Made by a program: the position numbers and the translations under genes
Part shown: piece by piece, positions 29,122-45,767 of the stretch
Numbering within the stretch: position 1 is the first letter of the stretch
Layout of the letters: each line of letters begins with the position of its first letter
The notes under the pieces: generated by a model
Seen by the model: the letters and a program-made list of their open reading frames with translations, nothing else
The model's database searches: none
What the model was told of the DNA's origin: nothing
From: Chrysomallon squamiferum
Lineage: Eukaryota; Animalia; Mollusca
Direction: 5' to 3'
NCBI GenBank assembly: GCA_012295275.1
Contig: CM022673.1
Coordinates: 14,136,001 to 14,200,000 of the forward strand
Length of the DNA stretch: 64,000 nt

Positions 29122-30135
29122 TATATAATATAAAAAATAGTCAGTTCGTGACAATTTTACAGAAAAATATCCAGATACAGACAGACCAACGGAAAGAATT
29201 AATGAATTACTTGAATTATTGGAATTTGGTTTTTTTTTTTTTTTTTTTAAATTTGACTTTTTTCACGGACTTTGAGAATAGTGTTTAAATGGCTTTTTGA
29301 AATATATTTGCTTTTAGATGTGTATTTGTATTAAATGTTACAATATTTTATAGTTTTGTTTTTTTGTTGTTGTTGTTGTTGTTGTTTTGAGAAATGATAC
29401 TTTCTAAATAGTTTTTGAGATAATTTTATATGGATTTAGAAACGTACTGCTTTGCTCGAGAAAGGTTTTTTAAACATGTCTGAACATGTTTGTATATAGT
29501 TTTAAAAGGTTTTATGCATGTAAATAAATGTTTTTGTAATATGATAGCCAAACTAATAAATATATTGACAATATACTAATAAATACACTGTAATATACAT
29601 TGCAATGGTCAACTTTAAGTCAACTCGAATCCCTAGAGATAAAATTTGAATTGTTGGGGGGGGGGGTAATAATAAAAACTGTTCGTGTGCCAGTGCGTTC
29701 TTTAATACATACATACATACATACATACATACATACATACATAAAATTAAAATAACACTCAATTCTCTTATAATTTTCAAAGATTTATTTGGAAATTTGT
29801 CAAGCCGATATCTCCTGCAGTAAAGAATTTCCATTTTCTGAAATAAATACAACAAAACCTTAATATCTTATACACTTTATTTAAAACAATTCACTTTTCT
29901 TTTTGCTAAAAAAATTTATTTATTTTACTATTTACTTTATATTATCAAGTTTTAAAATGTGATGTTAATGAAAATCAAATAAAAATGACGAATAAAAACA
30001 AACAACCAATAATGATGAAAATAATTATAATAATGATGCTGATGATGATGAATACAATTACAAGACAACATTGTTACCTTTATTTAAGGTTTTTCGAGAA
30101 AAGACTTACTTTACTTTTCTTTTTGTCAGTCTAAT

Positions 30136-30908
30136 TTATTCTCTTCTTCTTCTGTAACGAGTATAACCAGGATCCAAGTGAGTCCCTGGTTGCCATGATT
30201 GCCACGGTTGCCACACTGGCAGAGGCCTGGTAGGCAAAGTCAACCAGAGACTCAACGGTGGTTCAGGCCAGTGTTCTGCATCAACAGTAGTCAGTGATAG
30301 GAGAATCCCTACTGCTAAAACATAATGAAAAAGTAAAGTTATTTTGATATGTCTAACTTTATTTAATTTTGTTTGTTGTTGTTTTTTAATTAACAGATTT
30401 TAATTAAATACATATTTTAAAAACAAATTTACATTATTTTACATGATTTTAATTATCTATAAATCTACGTATCTAAATATATATATATATATTACATCAT
30501 TTTATATTATTTTACATTTTCTTACATTATTTTACAGAATCAAATGAAGTAATCAGAGAATTCTAGTCGTCATTGATTTTTGTAACATAGATAACTGTTA
30601 CCCTTCCTGTCACTTTACAACCTTTTGCTTCTTCTAGACTAAAAAAACACAAGACACACTTTCCTCCATTCTAACTGTTTATCACCATAAAGATTCATGT
30701 AAGTAGCAGCGACACAAGAAAAACTTATTTACCTTTCGTTGAACAATTTAGATTATACAAAATGTAATTACAATACTGATTCAAAATACTATACATAAAA
30801 ATTATTCTTAAGCTAAACTGTTTCTAGGTAATATTAAAACCCTATACTTATCTTTCACTTATCCACTATTAGCAATCCAAAAAGCTGTACGGTTTTTGAA
30901 CCACTCAT
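30136..30908 (-). pseudogene. Array copy P6 (Trp/Pro-rich core), ORF intact but splice donor mutated
   Basis: Exon 1 30908-30863 ends G|ataagt instead of gtaagt. Exon 2 is 30311-30136, giving MSGSKTVQLFGLLIVVGILLSLTTVDA-EHWPEPPLSLWLTLPTRPLPVWQPWQSWQPGTHLDPGYTRY-RRRR-E*. Confidence 0.7.
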
Positions 30909-31285
30909 CATGTAAATATGTTGTATGCAATCTTGTTTCTGTATGTCACTCTCATTCCAACACTTGTATATATACCAAAAATTATGCTGACATGATTATT
31001 TACATCGGGCACTTTTATTTCAGTTACGCAGATTAAATTCAATTAAGTAATTACGCATTAAGAATTATCATATCAGTTACAAATAAACATTTTATTGTAA
31101 ATAAATAACATCTTACTGCACAAATCTTGTTTCTTAAGAAAACTGTTAATTCCTGTTAAGGGGCCAAATCTTTCTTGTTTTATTGATTCAGTTTCAGTGT
31201 GATATTTTGTCCTTTTTTCTTCCAAAAATGTCTTTATTTCCATATAATCCTGAATTTCTACAAACGAAATCCAGTAAATATCGGC

Positions 31286-31385
<100 letters not shown>

Positions 31386-31584
31386 GTATGTATGTATGTT
31401 AGATAATTTTCTTTAAAAGAAAACCATTCTGTAATAGTATACATGTTAAGATATGATACAGCTGATCATTCTTAGTGTAAACATCATTAGATCCGGTTTA
31501 GTTATTTTCCTACCAACACAAACATAAAATACGGATGTTATATAGTCTATTTTGTTATATAATTCAGTTCTTCAAGTCAGAAAC

Positions 31585-31636
<52 letters not shown>

Positions 31637-31844
31637 GTTATTATTGTTATTGTTATTATTTGTCTTAACAAGAGTCCCAAATTACGTCATTTACTTTTTC
31701 AGAAAGACGATATAATTTTATAGTTTAATTCATTTCAGCTGATTGATTTTTTAAATTACTTTGTTTTAACCTTTTTCTCTCCAAGTATATATCTATACTA
31801 GTACCCCATAGGTTCATACACATATATAAATTAAAAGAAGAACC

Positions 31845-31935
<91 letters not shown>

Positions 31936-32265
31936 CACTCAATTCTCTTATAATTTTGCAAAGATTTATTTGAAAATTTGTCAAGGTGATATTTCCTGCT
32001 GTGAAGATTTTCCATTTTCTGAAATAAATACAACAAAACTTTAATATCTTCTACACTTTATTTAAAACAGTTCATGTTTCTTGTTGCTAAATAAAATGAT
32101 CTATTTTAGTATTTACTTTATATTATTAACTTTTAAAATGTGATGTTGGGAACAAATGAAAGTAGACAATGCATAACAACAAACAACAATAATGATGAAC
32201 ATTATGGTAATAACGATGATGATGATGGTGATGATGAATAAAATTACAAGACAACACTGTTACCT

Positions 32266-33111
32266 TTATGCAGCGCTTTCCGACAAATGAACGAATTCTT
32301 TATTGTTTGTCAAATGTATTCCTCTTCTTTTTCTGTAAACACTATCAGAAGCCCGGAATTCCCAAGGCCTGGGAATTCGTGAATCAGTCCGGCGGTCTGC
32401 GTCAACAGTAGACAGTGATAAGAGAATCCCTGCTGCAAAGACGTAATGAGAAAGTGAACAGTTATTTTGATATGTCTGACATTATTTAATTTCGTGTGTT
32501 CTAATTAACAGACTTTGATTAAATACATATTTTAAATAGATCTTTATTTTTAATTTTACTTTATCTTACACCATATTAATTATCTATCTACCTATCTATC
32601 AATATATATATATGTATATACAAACGTTTTACATTATTTTACATCATTTTTATTATCTACCTATCTACTGATGTGTGTGTGTGTGTGTGTGTGTGTACTT
32701 CATTATTTTAAATGTTTTGACAGAAACAAATAACAAAATAGTAAGAGTATTCTAGTCATCATGGCTTTTGTAGAACAGATAACTGTTACCGTTCCTGGTC
32801 AACTCGTACTTCTTCTAGACTAAAATATACACTTTCGTCCATTCTAACTGATTATTACCATCAATATTCTTGTAATTAAGATTCAAATAACTAGCAGCGT
32901 CACTAGAGAAAATCATTTATCTTTATCTTTCATTGACTTAGTTAAACAATTTAGATTTTACAAAACTAATTACGATATTAATTCAAAATATCATAGATTA
33001 AAAATTATTATTAAGCTTTTCTGTCTCTAGCTAATATTAAAACCATATACTTATCTTTCACTTACCTACTATTAGCAGTCCAAAAAGCAGTACGGTTTTG
33101 GAACCAGCCAT
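32266..33111 (-). CDS. Secreted peptide precursor, array copy P7, intact, same protein as P5
   Basis: Exon 1 33111-33066 (G|gtaagt) plus exon 2 32432-32266; the coding sequence matches P5 at an offset of ~6.75 kb. Confidence 0.85.
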
Positions 33112-33490
33112 GATGTAGATATATTGAATGTTGTCTTGTTTCTGTATGTAACTCTCATTGCAGCACTTGTATATATATCTAAAATTATGCTGACATAATT
33201 ATTTACATCTAGAACTTGTATTTCAGTTACGCAATAGGAATTATCGTATTAGTTACAAGTAAACATATTATTGTAAATAGATATCATCTTAATGAACCGG
33301 ACGGTTCCTGTTTCTTAAGAAAACTGTTAATTCATGTTAAGAGGCCAAATTTTTCTTGTTTTATTGATTCAGTTTTAGTGTGATATTTTGTCAATCTTTT
33401 TTTATTCTACTGTGTCCTTTTTTCTTCCAAAAATGTCTTTTTTTTCATATAATCCTGAATTTCTTCAAGTGAATTCCAGTAAATACCGGC

Positions 33491-33582
<92 letters not shown>

Positions 33583-34170
33583 CATTATCCTTTTCTCTGT
33601 ACGTTTGTAAGATAATATTCTTTAAAATAAAATCATGCTATAATAGTAAACGTGTTAAGATATAAGATAGTTGATGAATCTTAGTATAAACATCATTAGA
33701 TCCGGGTTAGTTATTTTCATGTACTTTAAGCGCTGTGCTAAATAGACATTTCAAACGATCACAAATGCTAACACGCATGTTACATAACCTTGAAAAAAAA
33801 CGTTTTTTTTTTTATAGTTTCTATTGTTTTTATTCCATAGTTTTCTGACATCAGGTTGCTGCTATTGTTTTTCGTTTTGTATTTTATTATTATTATTGTT
33901 GTCATTGTTGTTTTGTTGTTGTTGCTATTATTGTTGTTGTGGTTGTTGTTGTTGTTGCTGCTAGCGGTCTTATTTTAGTGATGGTGATAATTATAATGAT
34001 TTAATTTAAATTTATAGAATAAAACGATAAAGGAGTCTTTATTCCATTACAAATTTATTTTATATTTTGTTAGATAACTCACTTCAGCAAGTCACATACT
34101 GTCAATAGTTATTATTGTAGAATACATTATAAACATTCAAATTTTAAATATATTTTGATTGGTCAGTGCA

Positions 34171-34218
<48 letters not shown>

Positions 34219-34348
34219 TACTATTATCATAATCATCATCAATATCATTATTGTTATTATTTTTATTATTACCATATTATTATTGCTGTTGTTGTTATTA
34301 TTATTATCATTATCATGCTGATTACTATCATAATAATAATCATCATCA

Positions 34349-34383
<35 letters not shown>

Positions 34384-34582
34384 TGTTTTCATACATTACG
34401 TATAATACCTCTTTCTGAAAGAGGATATAATCATATAGCTTTATTATTTTGTTGAACTGATTTCGACTTTTACAATTTTTAATTTTTAATTAATTAATAC
34501 ATTTTTTAATTTTCTACTTCGTTTCTTTCTCCGGGTATGTATCTATTATAGTTCCAGAAAGATTTATACATACATACATACA

Positions 34583-34613
<31 letters not shown>

Positions 34614-35626
34614 GTACATACATACATATATACATACATGTATATAATATAAAAAAGTCAGTTCGTTACAATTTTACAGAAAAATATCCAGATACAGACA
34701 GACCAACGGAAAGAATTAATGAATTACTTGAATTATTGGATTTTATTTATTTTTTTTTTTTTTTTAATTTTACTTTTTTCACGGACTTTGAGAATAGTGT
34801 TTAAATGGATTTTTGAAATATATTTGCTTTTAGATGTGTATTTGTATTAAATGTTATAATATTTTATAGTTTTGTTTTTTGTTGTTGTTGTTGTTGTTTT
34901 GAGAAATGATACTTTCTAAATAGTTTTTGAGATAATTTTATATGGATTTAGAAACGTACTGCTTTGCTCGAGAAAGGTTTTTTAAACATGTCTGAACATG
35001 TTTGTATATAGTTTTAAAAGGTTTTATGCATGTAAATAAATGTTTTTGTAATATGATAGCCAAACTAATAAATATACTGACAATATACTAATAAATACAC
35101 TGTAATATACATTGCAATGGTCAACTTTAAGTCAACTCGAATCCCTAGAGATAAAATTTGAATTGTTGGGGGGGGTTAATAATAAAAAATGTTCGTGTGC
35201 CAGTGCGTTCTTTAATACATACATACATACATACATAAAATTAAAATGACTGAAATCTGTTATAATTTTCAAAGATTTATTTGGAAATTTGTCAAGCCGA
35301 TATTTCCTGCTGTGAAGATTTTCCATTTTCTGAAATAAATACAACAAAACCTCAATATCTTATACAATTTATTTAAAACAATTCACTTTTCTTTTTGCTA
35401 AAAAAATTATTTATTTTACTATTTACTTTATATGATCAAGTTTTAAAATGTGATGTTAATGAAAATCAAATAAAAATGACGAATAAAAACAAACAACCAA
35501 TAATGATGAAAATAATTATAATAATGATGCTGATGATGATGAATACAATTACAAGACAACATTGTTACCTTTATTTAAGGTTTTTCGAGAAAAGACTTAC
35601 TTTACTTTTCTTTTTGTCAGTCTAAT

Positions 35627-36414
35627 TTATTCTCTTCTTCTTCTGTAACGAGTATAACCAGGATCCAAGTGAGTCCCTGGTTGCCATGTTTGCCATGTTT
35701 GCCATAATTGCCATGGTTGCCACACTGGCAGAGGCCTGGTAGGCAAAAGCGACCAGCGACTCCACGGTGGTTCAGGCCTGTGTGCTGCATCAACAGTAGT
35801 CAGTGACAGGAGAATCCCTACTGCAAAAACATAATGAAAAAGTAAAGTTATTTTGATATGTCTAACTTTATTTAATTTTTTTGTTGTTGTTGTTTTAATT
35901 AACAGATTTTAATTAATAACATATTTAAAAAACAAAATTTACATTATTTTACATGATTTTAATTATCTATCAATCTACGTATCTAAATATATATATATTA
36001 CATCATTTTATATTATTTTACATTTTCTTACATTATTTGACAGAATCAAATGAAGTAATCAGAGAATTCTAGTCGTCACTGATTTTTGTAAAATAGATAA
36101 CTGTTACCCTTCCTGTCACTTTACAACCTTTTGCTTCTTCTAGACTAAAAAAACATAAGACACACTTTCCTCCATTCTAACTGGTTATCACTATTAAGAT
36201 TCCAGTAAGTAGCAGCGACACAAGAGAAAATTATTTACCTTTCGTTGAACAATTTAGGTTATACAAAATGTATTTACAATACCGATTCAAAATACTATAC
36301 ATAAAAATTATTCTTAAGCTAAACTGTTTCTAGGTAATATTAAAACCCTATACTTATCTTTCACTTACCCACTATTAGCAATCCAAAAAGCTGTACGGTT
36401 TTTGAACCACTCAT
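35627..36414 (-). CDS. Secreted peptide precursor, array copy P8 (Trp/Pro/Gln-rich core), intact, 79 aa
   Basis: Exon 1 36414-36369 (G|gtaagt) plus exon 2 35820-35627: MSGSKTVQLFGLLIVVGILLSLTTVDA-AHRPEPPWSRWSLLPTRPLPVWQPWQLWQTWQTWQPGTHLDPGYTRY-RRRR-E*. Confidence 0.85.
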
Positions 36415-36783
36415 GATGTAAATATGTTGTATGTTGTCTTGTTTCTGTATGTCACTCTCATTCCAGTACTTGTATATATACAAAAGATTATGCTGACATG
36501 ATTATTTACAGTTAAGTAATTACGCATTAAGAATTATCATATCAGTTACAAATAAACATTTTATTGTAAATAAATAACATCTTACTGCACAAATCTTCTT
36601 TCTTAAGAAAACTGTTATTTCCTGTTAAGAGGCCAAATCTTTCTTGTTTTATTGATTCAGTTTCAGTGTGATATTTTGTCAACCTTTTTTATTCTACTGT
36701 GTCCTTTTTTCTTCCAAAAATGTCATTATTTCCATATAATCCTGAATTTCTTCAAGTGAATTCCAATAAATACTGGCGCCTCC

Positions 36784-36893
<110 letters not shown>

Positions 36894-37389
36894 GTGTCCA
36901 GCTATTTAATTTGTTTGTTTTTTGTTGTTGACTTTTCTCTTTCTCTACGAGGTAAGATAATATTCTTATAAATAAAAATATGCTGGTAACAATGTGTTTG
37001 TTAGATATGCCACAGCTGTTCAGTGTTAGTCTAAATATCATTAGATCCGGTTTAGTTATTTTCGTGTACTTTCATGGCTGTGGTGAACACGCATTTCATA
37101 CGATTACAAATATTAATACGGATGTTACATAACCTTGGAAAATACTGTTTCTTTTATATATATTTTATTATTATTGTTGCTATTGTTTTTATTCCACTTT
37201 GTTCTGAAATCAGGTTGTTGTTCCTGTTTGTTTGTTTTGAGTTTTGTTGTTATTATTATTACTGTTGTTGTTGTTGTTGTTGTTGTTCCGTTTTTGCTAG
37301 CCGTCTGATTTTATTGATAATAATAATACTAAAAAGTTAATTTATGTCTCTGTAAAATATAGAATAAAACAATTTATTTTATATTTTGT

Positions 37390-37433
<44 letters not shown>

Positions 37434-37925
37434 ATATTCTTAAGAAGAATCACAAATTATGTCATTTACTTTTTCAGAAAAAGAATATAATCTTGTACCT
37501 TTATTATTTTGTTGAATTTATTTCAGTAATTTTTTTTTTTTTTTTTTTTACGTTTTTCTGTTCAAGTATGTTTCTATAATAGTTCCTGATAGGTTTATAT
37601 ATATATAATAAAAAATACTGAATTCTATTATAATTTTGCAAAGATTTATTTGGAAACTTGTAAAAGCCTATATTTGCTGCTGTAAAGACTTTCCATTTTC
37701 TGAAATAAATACAACAAAAAGTTAATATCTTAAACAATTTATTTAAAACACTTCACTTTTCTTTTTGTTCAATAAAATTGTCCATGCTAGTATTTACATT
37801 ATAAACTTTTCAAAAGTGATGTTAATGAAGAATAAATAAAACTTGATGATGAATAACAACAAATAACAATAATCATGAAGATGATGATGATGAATAAAAT
37901 TACAAAACAACATTGTTACCTTTAT

Positions 37926-38634
37926 TTAATGTTTTCCGAGAAAAGAATTACTTTTCTTTTTGTCTGTCAATTTTATTCCAGTGTCTCTTCTTTTTCTGTA
38001 AGGAGGATAAGGAGGAGATCAGGGAGTCCACTCTGGCTCAGGATAGGGACTCCATGGTTCATCAGGCCAGTATGTTGCCTCAACAGTGGACAGTGATATG
38101 AGAATCCCTGCTGCAAGTACATAATGACAAAGTAACCAGTTATTTTGACATGTCTGACATTATTTAATTTCGTGTGTTCTAACTGACAGACTTTGATTAA
38201 ATACATTTTTTAAATAGATTTTTATTTTTTTATTTCACATTATTTTAATCACACAGACACATTTGTGTATCTATCAATCAGTCTCTCTTTTTAAATAGAC
38301 ACTTTGCAACTTCTTGCTTCTTCTAGATTGGAACAGATATGTGTTACCCTTCCTGGTCAATTCGTACTTCTTCTAGAATGGATATTTCCTCCATTCTAAC
38401 CGATTATCACCAACAACATTCTTGTAATTAAGATTCCAGTAACTAGACAGCGTCACAAAAGAAAATTATTTATCTTTATCTTTTGTTGAACAATTTAAAT
38501 TATACAAAACTAATTAAAAATATCATTGATTAAAAATTATTCTTTAGCTAATCTGTCTGTAAAAGCCATATACTTATCTTTCATTTATCCACTATTAACA
38601 ATCCATAAAGCTGTACGATTTTGGAACCAGCCAT
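37926..38634 (-). pseudogene. Array copy P9 (Pro/Trp/Tyr core), donor mutated and in-frame TGA
   Basis: Exon 1 38634-38589 reads MAGSKIVQLYGLLIV and ends G|ataaat. Exon 2 38110-37926 reads AGILISLSTVEA-TYWPDEPWSPYPEPEWTP*SPPYPPY-RKRR-DTGIKLTDKKKSNSFLGKH* (TGA at 38019-38021). Confidence 0.8.
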
Positions 38635-39364
38635 ATTGTAAATATATTGTATGCTGTCTTGTTTCTGTACGAAAATCTCATTTTTGTACTTGTATATATA
38701 TTTAAAATTATGCTGACTTAAATAATCTACATCAGGAAATGTGCGAATTATATTTTAATTAAGCAAATTAAATTGTTGTCAATGGCAGTTTGTATAAATA
38801 CTAATTAAATTAATAAAAATTATATTATCTGTCACAAATAAACATTTTATTGTAGTTACATATCTTCTTACTAAATCAGACAAATCGTTTTTATTAAGAA
38901 AACTCTTAATTCCTGTTGAAATCTTTCTTGTTTTATTGATTCAATTTCATTTTGTCTTTGTCTTTATTCCAGTGTGTCCTTTTTTCTAAACACTTCTTTT
39001 TTTACATATTATCTTCAAGTGAATTCAAGTAAATATACACTTCTGAATTCGAGATCGTGGATATATATATATACATCCCAAATATTAATACGGATGTTAC
39101 ATAACCTTGGAAAATACTCTTTCTTTTTTCTTTCTTTTTTTCTAGTTTATTATTAGAGCTATTGATTTTATTCCATATTCTTCTGAAATCTGTTTGTTGT
39201 TGCTGTTTGTTTGTTATGAGTTGTGTTGTTTATTATTTTTATAATTAGTATTGTTGTTGTATCGTTGTTGCTAGCGGTCTGATTTTATTGATGATAATAA
39301 TAATAATAAAAATTTAATTTATGCCTATCTGTAAAATATAGAATAAAACAATTTTGTATTTTGT

Positions 39365-39509
<145 letters not shown>

Positions 39510-39668
39510 GAAGAATCACAAATTATGTCATTTACTTTTTCTCAGATATAGGATATAATCTTGTAGCTTTATTATTTTGTTGAATTTATTTCAGTTTTCA
39601 CAGTTGTCTTCTTTTTTTTTGCGTTTTTCTCTTCAAGTTTATTCCTGTAATAGTTCCTGATAGCTTTG

Positions 39669-39745
<77 letters not shown>

Positions 39746-40083
39746 CAAAAAATGCTGAATTCTATTATAATTTTGCAAAGATTTATTTGGAAACTTGTCA
39801 AAGCCGATATTTCCTGCTGTAATGATTTTTCCATTTTCTGAAATAAATACAACAAAACTTATACAGTTTATCTTATACAGTTTATTTTAAAATGTTATCT
39901 TTTCTTTTCGCTAAATGAAATTATCTACTTTAGATTTTTACTTATATTATAACTTTTAAAAAGTAATGTTAACGAAGAACAAATAAAATTTGATGATGAG
40001 TAACACAAACAACAATGATGATGAAGATGATGATAATAATGATAATGGTGAATAAAATTATAAAACGACATTGTTACCTTTAT

Positions 40084-40744
40084 TCAGTGTTTTCCGAGAA
40101 AAGAATTACTTTTCTTCTCGTCTGTCAGTTTTATTCCAGTGTCTATTCTTGTTCTGTAACGATACCAGGGACCACGCACTTGCACAAGCCAGGGACTCGA
40201 CGGTCCCTCGGGCCAGCGAGGCCTCACGTCTGCATCAACAGTAGAAGACAGTGATATCAGAATCCCTGCTGCAAATACATAATGAGAAAGTAAACAGTTA
40301 TCTTGATATTCTGACATTATTATAGTTTGTTTTTGTTTGTTTTTTAATTAAAAGATTTTAATTAAATAGATATTTTAAATAATTTTTTAGTTTACATTAT
40401 TTTAATTAGATATCTATCTGCCTATTTTAAAAAGACAGACACTTTGCAACTTCTTGCTTCTTCTAGACTAAAAAAAAACAATTCTAACTGATTATCACCA
40501 ACAACATTCTTGTAATTAAGATTCCAATAACCAGCAACGTCACAAGAGAAAATCATTTATCTTTATCTTTCGTTGACTTATTTAAACAATTTAGATTATA
40601 TAAAACACAATTAAATATTGATTCAAAATATCATCGACTATTCTTAAGCTTTTCTGTTTCTAGGTAATATTAAAACCATATACTTATCTTTTACATATGC
40701 ACGATTAGAAATCCAAAAACCGGTAGAATTTTGGAACTAGCCAT
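40084..40744 (-). pseudogene. Array copy P10 (Arg/Pro/Trp core), donor, basic site and promoter motifs degraded
   Basis: Exon 1 40744-40699 reads MASSKILPVFGFLIV and ends C|atatgt. Exon 2 40268-40084 reads GILISLSSTVDA-DVRPRWPEGPSSPWLVQVRGPWYRY-RTRI-DTGIKLTDEKKSNSFLGKH*. The TATATA and TGCTGAC motifs of sibling copies are missing at ~40800. Confidence 0.7.
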
Positions 40745-41435
40745 GATATAAATGCATTTTATATATGTTTTGTTTCTCTATGTGACTCTCATTTCAGCAC
40801 TCTAAACTTAATCTACATCCGGAAATTATATTTCAATTAAGTAAATTAAATTGCAGACAGTGGCAGTTTGCATAAAAACTAATTAAATTCATAAAAATTA
40901 TATTATCTGTCAAAATAAACATTTTATTGTAATTAAATATCTTCTTACTAAATCAGACAAATCCTTTTAGTTAAGAAAACTGTTAGTTCCTGTTAATGGG
41001 ACAAATTTGTCTTGTTTTTTTTTAATTCTTTTTCATTTTGTCTTTGTCTTTATTCCAGTGTGTCCTTTTTTCTAGAAATTTATTTGTTTACATATTATCC
41101 TGAATTTCTTCAAGTGAATTCCAGTAAATATCCACTTCTGTAGTCGAAATTGTGGATATATATTTATATACTGAGTAATTAATTATTGTTAAGATTAAAG
41201 ATTCGATTTTTGTCTGAAATAAATTGTGTTGCCGGTGCTGAACACCTGGTTAATATGTATCTAATTAAGAATTTTTCTTTTTTTTTAAAGATTAGTGTCT
41301 GTTATTTTATTTATGTCAAAAAGTGAGAGTATGCAAACATTCAGAAAGGAAAGCATCAAATTTAGAGATGAAGAAATAGATCAAAACGTGAGTCTGATTT
41401 TTTAAGTCTGACATACAATATCAGCTCTTTTGACA

Positions 41436-41529
<94 letters not shown>

Positions 41530-42062
41530 CGTACGTGTGTAAGATAATATTCTCTAAAATAAAATCATGCTGTAATAGTGAGCGTGTTAAGATATGATAT
41601 AGTTGATGAATCTTAGTGTAAACATCATTAGATCCGGTTTAATTATTTTCATGTACTTTAACCGCTGTGCTGAACACACATTTTATACCATCACAAATAA
41701 CCTTGGAAAATACTCTTTCTTTCCTCTTTATTTTACTATTAGGGCTATTGTTTTTATTCCATATTCAGCTTGTTGTTATAGTTGTTTGTTTGTTCGTTTT
41801 TTGAGCGTTGTTGTTACTATTATTATTAATATTGTTGTTGTTGTTGTTAGCTGTCTTATTTAAATGATGATGATAATTATGATTTAATGTAAATTTGTCA
41901 GTTGAAAATAGAATAAAACAATAAGGTAGTATTTATTCGTTTAAAAATGTATTTTATATTTTGTTATATAAGTCAGTTCTGCAAGTCAGATTCAATTAAT
42001 AAATATTATTGTTGAATATATTATAAATATAAATATTAAATAACTTTTGACTGGTCAATATA

Positions 42063-42107
<45 letters not shown>

Positions 42108-42503
42108 CATAATAATAATCATAATAATAGTAATAATAACAAATATATAAATAAATAAATGTTTGGAACGAAGACAAAAGCTATCGAAATTTCGAACTTT
42201 TTTCGCTTGAAACATGAGGTTGCTGTGTTATGTCAAAATTTAAAATTGTTACTTAATAATTTCCAACCGCAGAAAAAAAGCTAAGAGCCTTAGAGTCAGA
42301 AGGAAGACATTCAGTTGTAATTCAGACTTGAAAAAATATGTCCTTCACAGCTTTCTGTATTTTAGGACATCGTTATGTCTTTATCCCGCCCAACTTTTCT
42401 CTAAATTATCTAAAATTTAACACTTCTGAACACTGCTGTTTGTTATCAGATAAATTTGACACTTTTAAACATGCTGTATGTTGTCGGGTAAATTTGACAC
42501 TGC

Positions 42504-43302
<799 letters not shown>

Positions 43303-45732
43303 CGTTTCCTTCTGCTGAATATAGAGAACACTGTTGTAATTTTTGTCACTATTTTACAACACACGATGTAGCTTAGACTCCAAGACAATGCGAAGAAGAA
43401 ACGTCTATATATTTTCCTTCTTCTGACGTTTTTGTTGAAGCCGGGACAGGACGGAATCCAAAACGTTTTAAAAAGAGAAACGTTAAAATAAACTAATGAA
43501 TGTATTCATGTTTCCGAGTTCAGTGACAAGTAAAAGATGACAGGAATCTTGTAGAAGGTAATAATTCTATGAGATGTACGTCACGATTCTTCTTCTTATA
43601 AAATTATTTAAAATGTGGCGAGGCTAATAAAATGTCTACGTTTTTAATACACGTTTAACTGATTGATTTATTTGTTTCTTGTTGACATGCATTTGTAATA
43701 GTGATAATAAATAGTATCTCTCTCTGTACTTATTCAAGTCATTTGTCTGTAAATTTGTATTTTATGTGTATGTGTGTGTGTGTGTTTGTATATATATATA
43801 TATATATGTATATTATATACACACACACACACACACACAATCTGCAAAACGTTTTGTTATTGTTATAATGTAATAAAGTCCATTACAGATAGAAAGATGT
43901 ATATTATTCATACCGGTATATTCGGTAGTCATTTAAGAATAAATATCGCCAAGATAAATAAAGAAGAAATTATTTTTTCTGAAATGCCGCAATGAACAAT
44001 CCTGGCTTGACCCTTGGTCGTGATGTCACAAAGGACAGTTATATTTAGACTATAAATAGATTAATGTTATTGTCAAGGCAGTTCTGATGGAAACGGGTTT
44101 TAAAAGGTATATTATTTGAGGGTTTTTGTTTTGTTTTTTTTTTTTTGTGTGTGTGTGTGTGTGTGTGTGCTTGAGTTTTGACGTTGGTTTTAAATTGTAT
44201 TTGGGGTTTACATAACATTTGTTTTATGTTCTTGCACTGTTAGTTATTTAGGAGTGTAATGATATAAAAACTATAGTTGTAAGTTTATTGCAAATACTGT
44301 GATTCCGTGTTTCAAAGTAGTTTTATTTACAGCTGAGTCTAAACACTTTAAATAATGAGGAAAGCAAATAGTCTGTTGTAATAAGACGTACATAGTCAAT
44401 TAATACTGAAATATTTAGATATCAAAAGCAACAACACACACAAACACAGGCACGCACGCACGCACGCACACTTAAACAAGAACGTCTCAAGATAAATAGG
44501 CCCTTGGTAATACTTTTTTTTCTTCTTTTCTTTTTTTTTTTTTTTAAACTGAATGTCTTGAGTTAGATAAAATGTATACTAATGCTGAATCAGAGAACGA
44601 AAACTAAAACAAGAATAAGTACTTTTACATACTATTCAATAGGTACGTGCATACTAGCATACCCACACACATACATTCGAACATATATACAAACATACAT
44701 GAATATGTGGACTCACGTATTCAAAAACAAGCCATTAAACGTCTACGAAAATACAATAGAAAAAAAATAACGTGACACTCAGTGACATATTTTCATGTCA
44801 AGGTTACTGATTACCTTATTAGATAATCAGCGGTTTTATTTTAAAATACTCCGGATGTTAATAATTTTACTCAAAATCATAATTTAAATGGTTGTAGCAA
44901 AAATGTATCGATTCTTTTCGTAAATATGGAGTGGGGGGGGGGTAAGAAACATTTATAACTGATAATATTCTGTAATTGGGCAGCGAACTTGACATTCCTT
45001 GTACTGGAGACAGTCTAAGCGGCTTCAGGCGCATTGTTCGTGCTAAATTTAGGACAGCAACAAGCACGCGCCGATTGTCAGACTGCCATGCAGCAATTCG
45101 TTATTGGACGAGATAAAACACTACTTAGTTCACTGACCTATTTCACTCCACCAGAAGTGACCTGTAAACTTGTCTGTTATTGCGAATGTTACGTCAGTCA
45201 TTTGTAAATAAATACAAGATGTGTATTGTTATGCAAACAAAACACAGTAAAACCGCTGTAAATGGACTACGAAGAAGACTAGTCTAAAGTCAAATGGAGA
45301 TGGTCACTTTATAGAAATTTTATCGTGTGCAAGAACAGTTTTTATAGTTGCTTGTTTTGACAGTAGTAAGCTATTATATACATATATATACATACATGTA
45401 TAATTCAGCTGCATTAGAAGAAGAAAAAAAAAGCCACCTGTACATGTTTAAAATACATACACAATAATAAATTGTCGACAAATTTATATTTTGACTGGCT
45501 GGCGGCTGGATGACAAGCAGCCAATTAAATTAACGCATGCGCAGTGAACAGAAACATGGTTATATGTTGACGCCGGTCGACAGAGGGGACGACAAACATG
45601 GGCATAAAACTGAAAGTAAAGGTCGAAGAACGGAGTTTGGAGGTGGTCGAATTGTAGCAGAAAAATAGTGTTAAATCGTAGACTGAAAAAATCGTCCATT
45701 TACAGATGTGGTCACAGTTCGAATTTTGACTA

Positions 45733-45767
<35 letters not shown>

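Noticed and set aside
38019-38021. In-frame TGA in P9 as selenocysteine
   Set aside because: The Trp-rich context makes TGG>TGA likely, the same copy has a broken donor, and no SECIS is evident.
44960-45720. GC-richer patches with an NRF1-like ACGCATGCGC and a CAGTAAAACC TIR-like start
   Set aside because: I found no ORF, splice pattern or matching second TIR, so the evidence is too weak to call a promoter or transposon.
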